From Candidatus Marisimplicoccus sp. (GTDB lineage: Bacteria; Bacteroidota; Bacteroidia; Flavobacteriales; Flavobacteriaceae): DNA of 64,000 nt. The stretch spans positions 1,630 to 65,629 of the forward strand of contig CBFHHV010000005.1 in the NCBI GenBank assembly GCA_965655775.1, in the 5' to 3' direction. Below, piece after piece: positions 1 to 8,837 of this stretch. Numbering within the stretch: position 1 is the first letter of the stretch; every line of letters starts with the position of its first letter. The translations under genes and the position numbers were made by a program. Under the pieces are notes generated by a model, which saw only the letters and a list, made by a program, of their open reading frames with translations, was not told where the DNA came from and made no database searches.

Positions 1-83
1 ACGTGATTATTGTTTTTACAACAATTGTTTTTATGGGGATTGTAACCTCTGCTTGGTCCTCTAGCTCTAATGCTAAAGCCTAA
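1..83 (+). CDS. 3' end of a gene truncated by the window edge (hydrophobic C-terminus, unidentified)
   Basis: The frame is open from the window edge to TAA at 81-83 and reads VIIVFTTIVFMGIVTSAWSSSSNAKA*. Only a TM-like tail is visible, so no family call is possible. Confidence 0.3.
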   Translation, partial: VIIVFTTIVFMGIVTSAWSSSSNAKA

Positions 84-1072
84 TAAAGAACTACTTCGGA
101 AAAGTTTTTTTTAACCCCTTCAAGTTCTTTTATAATTGTTTCAGGGTTTTTTTCATTTAAGATTCTACTCTTTGTGTCTTTAAAATTTGCTATGCCTTTA
201 AAGTAGTTTCCATAGTGTCTCCTTGTCTCTAATACACCCAAAACTTCTCCTTTCCATTCAACAGCCATCTTTAGGTGTCGAATAGCCATTTCTGCCCTCT
301 CTGCAATTGTTGGTTCTTGTTTCTTATCTCCTGTTTTAAGATAGTGTTTTACTTGGTCAAAGAACCATGGGTTTCCTATTGTCGCTCTTCCTATCATTGC
401 CCCATCTAAACCATATTCATCCCTCATCTCCTGCGCTTTTTCTGGAGTATTTACGTCTCCATTTCCAAATACTGGAATGTGCATTCTTGGGTTGTTTTTT
501 ATTTCTGCTATTTTAGTCCAGTCTGCAAATCCTTTATACATTTGAGCTCTGGTTCTTCCGTGGATAGATATAGCTTTTATTCCTACATCCTGCAGTCTTT
601 CCGCTACCTCTACAATTTTAATTGTTTTTTCGTCCCACCCAAGCCTTGTTTTAACAGTTACGGGTAGGTTTGTTCTCTCAACTATTTCTTTGGTAAGGCT
701 TACCATAAGTGGAATGTCTTTTAAAATACCTGCTCCTGCGCCCTTACAAACAACTTTTTTAACAGGACACCCATAATTAATATCAATTATATCCGGGTTT
801 GTTCTCTCTACTATGTCTACCGCACCCAACATAGACTCAAGGTTTGATCCAAATATTTGAATTCCGACAGGCCTTTCTTTTGTGTAGATGTCTAGTTTTT
901 TTGTGCTTTTTGCTGCGTTTCTTATTAATCCCTCACTTGATATAAACTCAGTGTAAACGACATCCGCGCCTTTCTCTTTACACAGAGCTCTAAAGGGTGG
1001 GTCGCTAACATCTTCCATGGGCGCAAGCAGCAATGGAAATTCAGGAAGTTCTGTGTTTCCTATTTTAAGCAT
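80..1072 (-). CDS. dusB: tRNA-dihydrouridine synthase
   Basis: 330-aa ORF with Dus-family TIM-barrel motifs LLLAPMEDVSDPPFR, DINYGCP, VKTRLGW and SIHGRT. Confidence 0.92.
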   Translation of the reverse strand: MLKIGNTELPEFPLLLAPMEDVSDPPFRALCKEKGADVVYTEFISSEGLIRNAAKSTKKLDIYTKERPVGIQIFGSNLESMLGAVDIVERTNPDIIDINYGCPVKKVVCKGAGAGILKDIPLMVSLTKEIVERTNLPVTVKTRLGWDEKTIKIVEVAERLQDVGIKAISIHGRTRAQMYKGFADWTKIAEIKNNPRMHIPVFGNGDVNTPEKAQEMRDEYGLDGAMIGRATIGNPWFFDQVKHYLKTGDKKQEPTIAERAEMAIRHLKMAVEWKGEVLGVLETRRHYGNYFKGIANFKDTKSRILNEKNPETIIKELEGVKKNFSEVVLY

Positions 1073-1076
1073 ATGG

Positions 1077-1084
1077 CAAAATTA
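1077..1084 (-). promoter_or_regulatory. Bacteroidota-type -7 promoter box (TAATTTTG) for dus
   Basis: The reverse complement of caaaatta is TAATTTTG. It ends 4 nt (CCAT) before the dus ATG. Confidence 0.45.
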
Positions 1085-1135
1085 ACAATTCTTGAATTTA
1101 TTTATGTGTTAACCTTAAAGATTATACAAAGTAAG

Positions 1136-1143
1136 TATCTTTG
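1136..1143 (+). promoter_or_regulatory. Bacteroidota-type -7 promoter box (TATCTTTG) for lepA
   Basis: Exact TAnnTTTG match that overlaps the TTG (1141) used by the ORF track. The in-frame GTG at 1159 lies 15 nt downstream. Confidence 0.45.
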
Positions 1144-1158
1144 TCGGAAATATTTATT

Positions 1159-2958
1159 GTGTCACAAAACATACGTAATTTCTGTATTATTGCCCATATA
1201 GACCATGGAAAGAGTACGCTTGCTGACCGTCTTCTTGATTTTACCGGGTCTGTTTCTGATAGAGAAAAACAAGACCAGTTATTGGATGATATGGATCTTG
1301 AGAGGGAAAGAGGGATAACAATAAAATCTCATGCGGTACAGATGGATTATGATGCGGGTGGTGAAAAATTTATTTTGAATTTAATTGACACACCTGGGCA
1401 TGTTGACTTTTCCTATGAGGTTTCCAGGGCTATTGCTGCTTGTGAAGGAGCTTTGTTAGTTGTTGATGCGGCTCAAAGTATTCAAGCCCAAACAATATCA
1501 AACTTGTATTTAGCTGTTGATAATGATTTAGAAATTATCCCTGTTGTAAACAAGATCGACTTACCTTCTGCAAACACAGAGGTTGTTGTTGATGAAATTG
1601 TTTCTTTAATTGGGTGCAAGCCTGAGGGGGTGATTCTTGCCTCAGCCAAAACAGGAGAGGGTGTAGAAGATATAATAAAAGGAATTATTGATAGGGTTCC
1701 CGCTCCAGAAGGGACGTTAGACGCTCCGTTGCAGGCTCTTATTTTTGATTCTGTATTTAATCCGTATCGTGGAATTGAGACATATTTTAAGGTTGTAAAC
1801 GGAAAGCTTTCCAAAGGTGATAGGGTTAGGTTTATGTCCACAGGAAAAGACTATGGCGCTGAAGAGGTTGGTACGCTTAAATTAAGTCAGGTTCCAAAAA
1901 AAGAAATTTTGACCGGTGATGTTGGTTATTTAATCACCGGAATTAAAGATGCAAAAGACGTAAAGGTTGGGGACACAATAACACTGGTTGGTGATAAAGC
2001 TGTTGGAGCTATTGAGGGTTTTGAAGAGGTAAAGCCTATGGTTTTTGCTGGTATCTATCCTGTTGACACGGATGACTATGAAGATTTAAGGTCTAGCATG
2101 GAAAAGCTTCAGCTTAATGATGCTTCTTTGGTTTTTTCTCCTGAAAGTTCTGCCGCTCTTGGTTTTGGTTTTAGGTGTGGTTTTCTAGGCATGCTTCACT
2201 TAGAAATAATTCAGGAAAGGCTGCAAAGGGAGTTTAATATGTCGGTTATAACGACCGTTCCTAATGTTTCATATAAGGCTTATGTAAACAAAGATCCGTC
2301 TAAAGAAATTCAGGTTAACAACCCGTCTGACCTTCCTGACCCATCTAGTTTAAATCGAGTAGAAGAACCCTACATTGACGCAACAATCATAACAAAGTCA
2401 GAGTTTGTTGGTAATGTATTAACGCTCTGTATTGAAAAAAGAGGAGAAATTAAAAACCAAAGATACCTAACAACAGAAAGGGTTGAGCTTAACTTTAAGC
2501 TTCCTTTAGCGGAAATTGTCTTTGATTTTTATGATCGTCTTAAGTCTGTTTCCAAGGGGTATGCTTCATTTGATTACACGCCCACCGGTTTTGTTGCATC
2601 AAAGCTTGTCCGTTTAGATATTTTGCTTAATGGAAAACCTGTTGACGCTTTGTCTTCGTTAATTCATTTCGACAATGCTCTGAGAATGGGTAGAAAAATG
2701 TGTGAAAAACTAAAAGAGTTAATACCAAGGCAGCAGTTTGATATTCCTGTTCAAGCGGCAATCGGTGCGAAAATTATTTCAAGAGAAACCATTAAGGCTT
2801 ACAGAAAAGATGTAACCGCTAAGCTATATGGTGGGGATGTAACAAGAAAGAGAAAGTTGTTGGAAAAACAGAAAAAAGGTAAAAAGAAAATGAGAATGGT
2901 TGGAAGTGTTGAGATTCCTCAGCAAGCTTTTATGGCTGTCCTTAAAATCAACGATTAA
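1159..2958 (+). CDS. lepA: Elongation factor 4 (translational GTPase LepA)
   Basis: G1 box [26 protein letters not shown] and NKID motifs, and a LepA-specific C-terminal domain. I prefer the GTG at 1159 (MSQNIRNF...) over the track's TTG at 1141, which sits inside the -7 box. Confidence 0.93.
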   Translation: MSQNIRNFCIIAHIDHGKSTLADRLLDFTGSVSDREKQDQLLDDMDLERERGITIKSHAVQMDYDAGGEKFILNLIDTPGHVDFSYEVSRAIAACEGALLVVDAAQSIQAQTISNLYLAVDNDLEIIPVVNKIDLPSANTEVVVDEIVSLIGCKPEGVILASAKTGEGVEDIIKGIIDRVPAPEGTLDAPLQALIFDSVFNPYRGIETYFKVVNGKLSKGDRVRFMSTGKDYGAEEVGTLKLSQVPKKEILTGDVGYLITGIKDAKDVKVGDTITLVGDKAVGAIEGFEEVKPMVFAGIYPVDTDDYEDLRSSMEKLQLNDASLVFSPESSAALGFGFRCGFLGMLHLEIIQERLQREFNMSVITTVPNVSYKAYVNKDPSKEIQVNNPSDLPDPSSLNRVEEPYIDATIITKSEFVGNVLTLCIEKRGEIKNQRYLTTERVELNFKLPLAEIVFDFYDRLKSVSKGYASFDYTPTGFVASKLVRLDILLNGKPVDALSSLIHFDNALRMGRKMCEKLKELIPRQQFDIPVQAAIGAKIISRETIKAYRKDVTAKLYGGDVTRKRKLLEKQKKGKKKMRMVGSVEIPQQAFMAVLKIND

Positions 2959-2959
2959 T

Positions 2960-3811
2960 ATGAATTTATATTCAATTGAAACTGGTAATTTTAAACTTGA
3001 CGGTGGAGCAATGTTTGGTGTTGTGCCCAGGGTTTTGTGGGAAAAAACAAACCCAGCCGACTCAAGTAACCGAATTGAAATGAGTGCGCGCTGTCTTTTA
3101 ATTGAGGATGGAAAAAGGCTTATTCTGGTTGATGCTGGTCTTGGTGATAAACAAAGTGAAAAATTTTTTAGTCATTACTCCCGGTTCGGCGATGCAACCC
3201 TGGAAAACTCTTTGAGATTAAACGGGTTCTCTACAGAGGATGTTACTGATGTTCTGTTTACGCACCTTCATTTTGACCACTGTGGTGGAGCAACAAAACG
3301 AAAAGGCGATAAAATTGTCCCCCTTTTTAAAAATGCTCGATTTTGGTGTTCAAAAAAACATTGGGATTGGGCAAACATAAGTCCTAACCTAAGAGAAAAG
3401 GCCTCTTTTTTAAAAGAAAACCTTTTGCCTTTGGAAGAGTCTGGTCAGCTAAACCTTTATGATGGTATTGATGATGGTTTTTGTAAAGAGCTTGGATTTG
3501 ATCTTTTACTTGTTGATGGCCATACTGAAAAAATGGCTTTGCCTATGGTTGAGTATAGGGGTCGATCTATTCTTTTCGCTTCAGATTTAGTCCCTACCGC
3601 TGGGCATATTCCTGTTCCATATTTAATGGGTTACGATGTTAGGCCTTTGATTACTATGGAAGAGAAATCTAAAATTTTAAAAAGCTGTTTAGAAAACCAA
3701 ACGCTTCTTTTACTGCAGCATGATCCTTATAATGAGCTGGTGTCTTTAATTAACACAGATAAAGGCGTGAGGCTAGAAAACAGCTCTTCATTAAATGGTT
3801 TTTTTTCATGA
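2960..3811 (+). CDS. MBL-fold metallo-hydrolase
   Basis: HxHxDH motif (THLHFDHCGG). I prefer the ATG at 2960, right after the lepA stop (2956-2958). The track ORF from 2900 would overlap lepA by 59 nt. Confidence 0.8.
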   Translation: MNLYSIETGNFKLDGGAMFGVVPRVLWEKTNPADSSNRIEMSARCLLIEDGKRLILVDAGLGDKQSEKFFSHYSRFGDATLENSLRLNGFSTEDVTDVLFTHLHFDHCGGATKRKGDKIVPLFKNARFWCSKKHWDWANISPNLREKASFLKENLLPLEESGQLNLYDGIDDGFCKELGFDLLLVDGHTEKMALPMVEYRGRSILFASDLVPTAGHIPVPYLMGYDVRPLITMEEKSKILKSCLENQTLLLLQHDPYNELVSLINTDKGVRLENSSSLNGFFS

Positions 3812-4131
3812 TGAAACCTCTTAAAGGAAATAAAAACATTGAGGTCTTGTTTAATTCTGGTAAAAGGGTGTCATCCTCTTTTCTTCATTGTGTTTATCTT
3901 TTAAACAAGGAGGATTCTCGTTTTGTTGTGTCTGTTCCAAAAAAAAATTTTTCTCTTGCTGTTGATAGAAACAAGCTAAAACGCATTCTTCGTGAGGTTA
4001 TTAGAAAACACTCAAAAGAAGTGTTGTCATTCGGTGGGGGTTGGTTTATGTTTATTTATTCTTCTGACAAAGTTGTTTCGTTTTTAGATATTGAAAAAGA
4101 ACTTAAACTTCTAGTTAAAAACATCGTTTAA
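3808..4131 (+). CDS. rnpA: Ribonuclease P protein component
   Basis: 107-aa basic protein with the RnpA RNR-type motif (AVDRNKLKRILREVIRK). ATGA overlap with the upstream stop. Confidence 0.85.
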   Translation: MMKPLKGNKNIEVLFNSGKRVSSSFLHCVYLLNKEDSRFVVSVPKKNFSLAVDRNKLKRILREVIRKHSKEVLSFGGGWFMFIYSSDKVVSFLDIEKELKLLVKNIV

Positions 4132-4146
4132 CTTTAATTTAGTGCA

Positions 4147-4881
4147 ATGAAGCGTTTGTTGTCTTTCTTTTTTCTTTCATTTTTTTTATACTCCTGTGAT
4201 AAAGGCTTTGATTTAGGTGTTGAAGAAGCTAGTCTTGCGGAAACAGCAGAAATTTATTTATTAAAAGACTTAAATCCTGATTTTGTATATCCTGAAAATC
4301 TTCAATATATATCATCACGAGAGGTCAAGAGTAGTGTGTGTTTAGACATAAATGCACATATAGACGCTAGTATTACCAGACCCGCTGTTCCTCCTATTGT
4401 TGATCCTAGTAATCCTACTGCGGTTACACCTAACACTCAAGCGCCTCAGAACAATGACGGGGGTCTTGATAAACCTTTACGTGCCCATACTTGTCATTCT
4501 GAACAAATAGGCACGTTGGTTGGGGGTGATTTTGAAAGTGGAGGCATTTCTTCTGATCAAGGTTTTGATGTTTCCAAAATTAGCAAGGGTGAGTTTAACA
4601 TTCCTTTTTATAATGTCTGTATGGAAGTGGAAAACATAGGGTCTTCTTCTCGTTTAATTTTGCGTGAATGTGATCAAAACCGTAAACAACAATTTGTTTT
4701 TGAGGATGACGGTAAAATCAAGCAGGTGGATGATCTTGGTTTGTGTTTGACTACTTCTGCAGATTATAGTTGGTATGGGGGTGGATACAAACCTATTTAC
4801 ATTGTTCGTGATTTATTCATGAGCCCCTGTAATCCTTCTTTGTCTGAAAGACAAGGCTGGGGCTTAAGGACGTCAAATTAG
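4147..4881 (+). CDS. Lipoprotein with Pro-rich linker and ricin-B-like C-terminal lectin domain (function unknown)
   Basis: Signal peptide plus lipobox (FFLYSC), linker PAVPPIVDPSNPTAVTPNTQAPQ, and a C-terminal QxW-like pattern (QQFVFEDDGKIKQVDDLGLCLT). Confidence 0.6.
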   Translation: MKRLLSFFFLSFFLYSCDKGFDLGVEEASLAETAEIYLLKDLNPDFVYPENLQYISSREVKSSVCLDINAHIDASITRPAVPPIVDPSNPTAVTPNTQAPQNNDGGLDKPLRAHTCHSEQIGTLVGGDFESGGISSDQGFDVSKISKGEFNIPFYNVCMEVENIGSSSRLILRECDQNRKQQFVFEDDGKIKQVDDLGLCLTTSADYSWYGGGYKPIYIVRDLFMSPCNPSLSERQGWGLRTSN

Positions 4882-4882
4882 T

Positions 4883-5341
4883 TTATTTATTATAATACAT
4901 TGCGCAGTGAGGTATGCCGTCCTCCATGTATCTCTCCCCTCTAAACTCAAATCCGAGTTCTAAATAAAATTTTTCTAAATACTCTTGCGCAGAAATTTTG
5001 ATTTCTTTTGTTTCAAAGTTTTTTTCACAAACCTCTATACATTTTTTTACCAGTTTTTTTCCGTAGTTGTTTCCTCTTTTTTTTTCTTCTACCGCTACTC
5101 TTCCAAAACCGGGGTTGTTTTCGTAATAATCACCTTTATCAAATATTCTTGCATACGCCATTAGCTTCTCGTTTATGAACCCAGATAAATGAATTGCTTT
5201 ATAGTCTTTATAGTCAAAGTCATTGTATAATATTTCTTGCTCTACCACAAAAACCTCACACCTTAATTTAAATATTTCATAAAATTCCTTTGTGCTTATC
5301 TCAGAAAACTTTTGTTCTTTCCACTCAATCATTTCCATCAA
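4883..5341 (-). CDS. GNAT family N-acetyltransferase (ElaA-like)
   Basis: Acetyl-CoA binding motif region VAVEEKKRGNNYGKKLV. 152 aa. Confidence 0.8.
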   Translation of the reverse strand: MMEMIEWKEQKFSEISTKEFYEIFKLRCEVFVVEQEILYNDFDYKDYKAIHLSGFINEKLMAYARIFDKGDYYENNPGFGRVAVEEKKRGNNYGKKLVKKCIEVCEKNFETKEIKISAQEYLEKFYLELGFEFRGERYMEDGIPHCAMYYNK

Positions 5342-5759
5342 TTTTATTTATTCTTCTTGTGTGTCTTCCTCCATCAAAGTCTGTTTTGATAAAAGCATCT
5401 ACTATGCTTATTGTTTCTTCTTCTGATAAAAATCGTGATGGTATACTAATTATGTTTGCGTCATTGTGCTGTCTGGCAAGCTCAGCAATTTCTTCACTCC
5501 AACATATTGCCGCTCTTACCCCTTTGTGTTTGTTGGCTGTCATTGCTGCCCCGTTTCCACTTCCACAAATTATTATTCCTATTTGTGCTTTCTTTTCTTT
5601 TACTTCTATCGATACGGGGTGTATAAAATCTGGATAATCTACACTTTCTTTTCCATCATACCCTTTGTTAATAACTGTGTATCCTTTTTGAGACAGATAA
5701 CTTTCTATCTTTCTTTTTACCTCTACCCCAGCGTGATCATTACCTATTGCTATTTTCAT
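5325..5759 (-). CDS. rpiB: Ribose-5-phosphate isomerase B
   Basis: MKIAIGNDHAG..., IIICGSGNGAAMTANK and RHTRR motifs typical of RpiB/LacAB. Confidence 0.92.
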   Translation of the reverse strand: MKIAIGNDHAGVEVKRKIESYLSQKGYTVINKGYDGKESVDYPDFIHPVSIEVKEKKAQIGIIICGSGNGAAMTANKHKGVRAAICWSEEIAELARQHNDANIISIPSRFLSEEETISIVDAFIKTDFDGGRHTRRINKIDGND

Positions 5760-6152
5760 TTTTTCAATTTAGTAATTCCTTTATTATTTCTTTATATGTT
5801 GTTAATAGTTGTTTGTTTATTTTTAATAATTCTCTTGTTTTGTTTTTTTAAACATTTTTTTCTTTTTACTAACTCTTTTTCTTAGGTTTTGTTTGTATTA
5901 GTTGTTAACCCTAATATTGTTTTTTCCCTTATTAACAATTGTTTATTTAATAGTTTCTTGTTTGTAAATCAATGTTTTGAATTGTTTATTGTTTGTTAGT
6001 CTTTTCTTTTCAGTGTTAATTATTAGTTTTTTTTAAACTATTTATAAAGAATTTAACAATACATATAATAATCATTTATTTTTTATAATTACTTATTATT
6101 AATATGTTTAAATGTTTATTGATAATAAAATTAATCTAGCTTTTAATAACAG

Positions 6153-6160
6153 TATCTTTG
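6153..6160 (+). promoter_or_regulatory. -7 promoter box (TATCTTTG) for rnr
   Basis: Exact TAnnTTTG match 17 nt upstream of the rnr ATG at 6178. Confidence 0.4.
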
Positions 6161-6177
6161 AGCTTTAAAAAACATAA

Positions 6178-8328
6178 ATGTCAAAAAAAAAGAAGGACTT
6201 AAAAGGATTAGAAAGAAAGATAAAGTCATTTATTGGAAACAAACCGAACAAGGAGTTTAACTATAAACAAATTGCTTTTTCTCTCGGTGTAAACGACACA
6301 AAGGGAAGAAATGACATAATTAAAACATTAAACAAACTCTTAAAAAACGGGCAAATTATAAAGGCTAATAAAGGAAAATTTGTAGCCCCAGGAATTCAAC
6401 CAAACACATCAGAAGGGGTTTTAGAAATTACAAGCACAGGGAGAGGATATGTAGTGTGTGAAGAATTAGATGCGGATGTATTAGTAGAGCAAAGAAACCT
6501 AAACAGAGGTCTTCATGGAGATGTTGTTTCTGTTGCTGTTGGAGAAAGAAAAAACAAAAACAAATACGAAGGAAAAGTTATAGATATAATAGAAAGAAAA
6601 AAAGAAGTCTTTGTTGGGGTTTTTGAAAAAAACAAAGATTACGCATTTGTCAACACAAGAAACGCTAGAATGTATACTGATTTTTTTATAGATAAAGATG
6701 AAATGAAGGGATATAAGGAGGGAGAAAAAGTGGCTGTTGAAATAAAATCATGGGATTCACCAAAAAATTCACCAGAAGGAAAAATAATAAAAAGCTTTGG
6801 GTTTGGAGATGACTCTTTAGATGCTTATTCAATACTATATGAATACGGTTTGTCTACAGAGTTTGAGGAAAAAGTAGAAAAGGAGGCGGAAAAAATATCA
6901 GCAGTAATAACAAATGAAGAGGTTAAAAAGAGAAGGGACATGCGGGGAGACCTAACCTTCACAATAGACCCATTCGACGCTAAAGATTTTGATGATGCAA
7001 TATCATTCAAAAAAATAGAAGAAAACAAATATGAAGTGGGTGTTCACATAGCAGATGTTTCGCACTATGTAAGGCCAGGATCAAATATTGATGATGAGGC
7101 TCAAAACAGAGCAACATCTGTTTATTTGGTAGACAGGGTAATACCTATGTTGCCCGAAACACTTTCTAACAACCTGTGCTCTTTAAGACCGAACGAGGAA
7201 AAACTTACATTTTCAGTGGTGTTCGTAATGAATAAAAACGGTGATATTAAAGAAGAGTGGTTTGGAAAAACAATTACAGAATCAGACGTAAGACTCTCAT
7301 ACGAAGAAGCTCAACACATTATCGAAACAGGTGAAGTAAAGATCCCAAAAGAACACACAATATTAAAAAAAGAAAAAAATGTAACACAAAAAACAGCAGA
7401 GGCTATAATAACGCTTAACAGTATAGCAAAAACTGTAAGAAAAAAAAGAATAAATAACGGCGCAATAATTTTTGACAAGACAGAAATTAAATTTAAGCTA
7501 GACAAGAAAAACCAACCAGAAAAAATATTATTCAAAACAACAAAAAGCTCAAACAAATTAATTGAAGAGTTTATGCTGCTGGCAAACAAAAAGGTAGCGG
7601 AAAAAATGAGAAAAAGCAAAGAGAGGTTTGTTTATAGGGTTCACGATCAGCCAGACCAGGAAAAGCTAAAAAACTTGCAGACCGTGGTGAAAAGACTTGG
7701 CTATAACCTAAAGTTGTCAACAAAAGAGCTTAACGATTCGCTTAACAGTCTTTTAAAAAATGCATTTGGTAAAAACGAACAAAACCTAATAGACACACTC
7801 ATGATTAGAAGCATGAGTAAGGCTGAATACACCACAAAGAACATAGGCCACTATGGGTTGTCTTTTGAGAACTACACACACTTTACTTCACCAATCAGAA
7901 GATACCCCGACGTAATGGTTCACAGGTTAATTCAGGCAGAAATTGAAGGAGAAAAATTAAAAACAGAGGAAACGGAAAGCTTGTGTAAGCACTCAACACA
8001 CATGGAGATACTGGCAACAAAAGCAGAAAGAGACTCTATAAAGCTCATGCAAATAAAGTTTATGAAAGATAAAGAAGGAAAGACATTTGATGCGGTTATT
8101 TCAGGGGTAATAGCAAGAGGGGTTTTTGTTGAGGTTGTTGAAAACAAATGTGAAGGGCTTGTAAAAGCAAAAGATTTACCAGGGGATTTTTTTGTACACG
8201 ATCAAAAAAACCACAGGTTTGTTGGAGAAAGAACAGGAAAGAAATTTCAATTAGGAGACAAAACCAGGGTCATGCTAATTAAAGCAGATCAAATAAAGAA
8301 AAGGCTTGATTTTCAAGTCCTTACTTGA
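6178..8328 (+). CDS. rnr: Ribonuclease R (3'-5' exoribonuclease)
   Basis: 716 aa with an RNB catalytic domain (FTIDPFDAKDFDDAIS, YLVDRVIPMLP, HYGLSFENYTHFTSPIRRYPD) and a C-terminal S1 domain. Confidence 0.93.
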   Translation: MSKKKKDLKGLERKIKSFIGNKPNKEFNYKQIAFSLGVNDTKGRNDIIKTLNKLLKNGQIIKANKGKFVAPGIQPNTSEGVLEITSTGRGYVVCEELDADVLVEQRNLNRGLHGDVVSVAVGERKNKNKYEGKVIDIIERKKEVFVGVFEKNKDYAFVNTRNARMYTDFFIDKDEMKGYKEGEKVAVEIKSWDSPKNSPEGKIIKSFGFGDDSLDAYSILYEYGLSTEFEEKVEKEAEKISAVITNEEVKKRRDMRGDLTFTIDPFDAKDFDDAISFKKIEENKYEVGVHIADVSHYVRPGSNIDDEAQNRATSVYLVDRVIPMLPETLSNNLCSLRPNEEKLTFSVVFVMNKNGDIKEEWFGKTITESDVRLSYEEAQHIIETGEVKIPKEHTILKKEKNVTQKTAEAIITLNSIAKTVRKKRINNGAIIFDKTEIKFKLDKKNQPEKILFKTTKSSNKLIEEFMLLANKKVAEKMRKSKERFVYRVHDQPDQEKLKNLQTVVKRLGYNLKLSTKELNDSLNSLLKNAFGKNEQNLIDTLMIRSMSKAEYTTKNIGHYGLSFENYTHFTSPIRRYPDVMVHRLIQAEIEGEKLKTEETESLCKHSTHMEILATKAERDSIKLMQIKFMKDKEGKTFDAVISGVIARGVFVEVVENKCEGLVKAKDLPGDFFVHDQKNHRFVGERTGKKFQLGDKTRVMLIKADQIKKRLDFQVLT

Positions 8329-8398
8329 GGCATCGAGCGGATTCGAACCGCTGTAAAAGCTTTTGCAGAGCTCCGCCTAGCCACTCGGCCACAATGCC
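8328..8398 (-). tRNA. tRNA-Cys (anticodon GCA)
   Basis: The reverse complement GGCATTGTGGCCGAGTGGCTAGGCGGAGCTCTGCAAAAGCTTTTACAGCGGTTCGAATCCGCTCGATGCC(T) folds by hand into a cloverleaf. It has a 7-bp acceptor stem, anticodon loop CTGCAAA, T-loop TTCGAAT and discriminator U. CCA is not encoded. Confidence 0.9.
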
Positions 8399-8423
8399 AT
8401 AGGGTGCAAAAATAAAAAAAAGA

Positions 8424-8774
8424 TTAAACTTTCTTTCTTAATTCAACAGAATCAACATTACCACCAATAGGAGGGGAGAGTTTTTTAACACTAACATCCA
8501 CAACAGTTATGTTACTACTAATTCCTTTTATTGACACAATCATTCTATCCATTAAAGATTCGAGTAATTTTGAAGGCTTGTCCATTTCGGTTTTAATAGC
8601 ACTATAAATATCAACATAATCCACAGTACTATTAAGATCATCTCTTTTTTCGGCCACATCAGTGTTTGTCTCCACCATAACATTTACTAAATACTCAGCA
8701 CCAATAACACTCTCTTCATGAAGACAACCATGAAAAGAATAAAACCACGCATTATTTACATATATTTTTGACAA
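8424..8774 (-). CDS. folB: Dihydroneopterin aldolase
   Basis: FolB-like core (FYSFHGCLHEESVIGAEYLVNV...DYVDIY). The track ORF extends to 8870, but that N-terminal extension overlaps the glnS start. The TTG at 8774 (MSKIYVNN...) gives a typical ~116-aa FolB. The start is uncertain. Confidence 0.75.
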   Translation of the reverse strand: MSKIYVNNAWFYSFHGCLHEESVIGAEYLVNVMVETNTDVAEKRDDLNSTVDYVDIYSAIKTEMDKPSKLLESLMDRMIVSIKGISSNITVVDVSVKKLSPPIGGNVDSVELRKKV

Positions 8775-8824
8775 AATCTTATCAAAGATATAAAAGCAAA
8801 GACATTTTCTATCTACCTTTTCAA

Positions 8825-8832
8825 TATCTTTG
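8825..8832 (+). promoter_or_regulatory. -7 promoter box (TATCTTTG) for glnS
   Basis: Exact TAnnTTTG match ending 5 nt before the GTG start at 8838. Confidence 0.4.
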
Positions 8833-8837
8833 GCATT

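Noticed and set aside
479-667. Short ORFs embedded antisense or out of frame in strong genes (e.g. 479-667, 1482-1841, 6825-7028, 7311-7619, 7932-8147, 9295-9570, 10412-10639, 10932-11117, 12611-12832, 13251-13439, 13486-13677, 15175-15366, 15420-15707, 17007-17198, 17276-17467, 21076-21258, 24227-24590, 24790-25005, 26888-27139, 27262-27444, 28555-28832, 30239-30448, 31835-32084, 33292-33663, 37624-37998, 40292-40537, 40968-41231, 42491-42751, 47226-47411, 48109-48291, 49045-49275, 50369-50584, 51021-51212, 54048-54296, 54857-55054, 58277-58510, 58575-58814, 59865-60089, 63390-63572)
   Set aside because: Each lies entirely within, or mostly overlaps, a longer ORF with clear family motifs. 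The translations are compositionally odd and motif-free, as expected for shadow ORFs in AT-rich DNA.
5466-5885. 139-aa plus-strand ORF (and 5290-5637) spanning the rpiB gene and the T-rich spacer
   Set aside because: It lies antisense to the well-supported rpiB and GNAT genes. Its translation is low-complexity Phe/Leu/Tyr/Cys text produced by reading T-rich DNA. It has no motif and no plausible start context.
5760-6177. Chromosomal replication origin, considered because mnmG/gidA is in the window and the spacer is long and AT-rich
   Set aside because: I found no TTATCCACA-type DnaA boxes (no CCACA or TGTGG cores) in this spacer or in the 12948-13017 spacer. No dnaA or dnaN gene is nearby. 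The repeated motif is TTGTTTAT, not a DnaA box.
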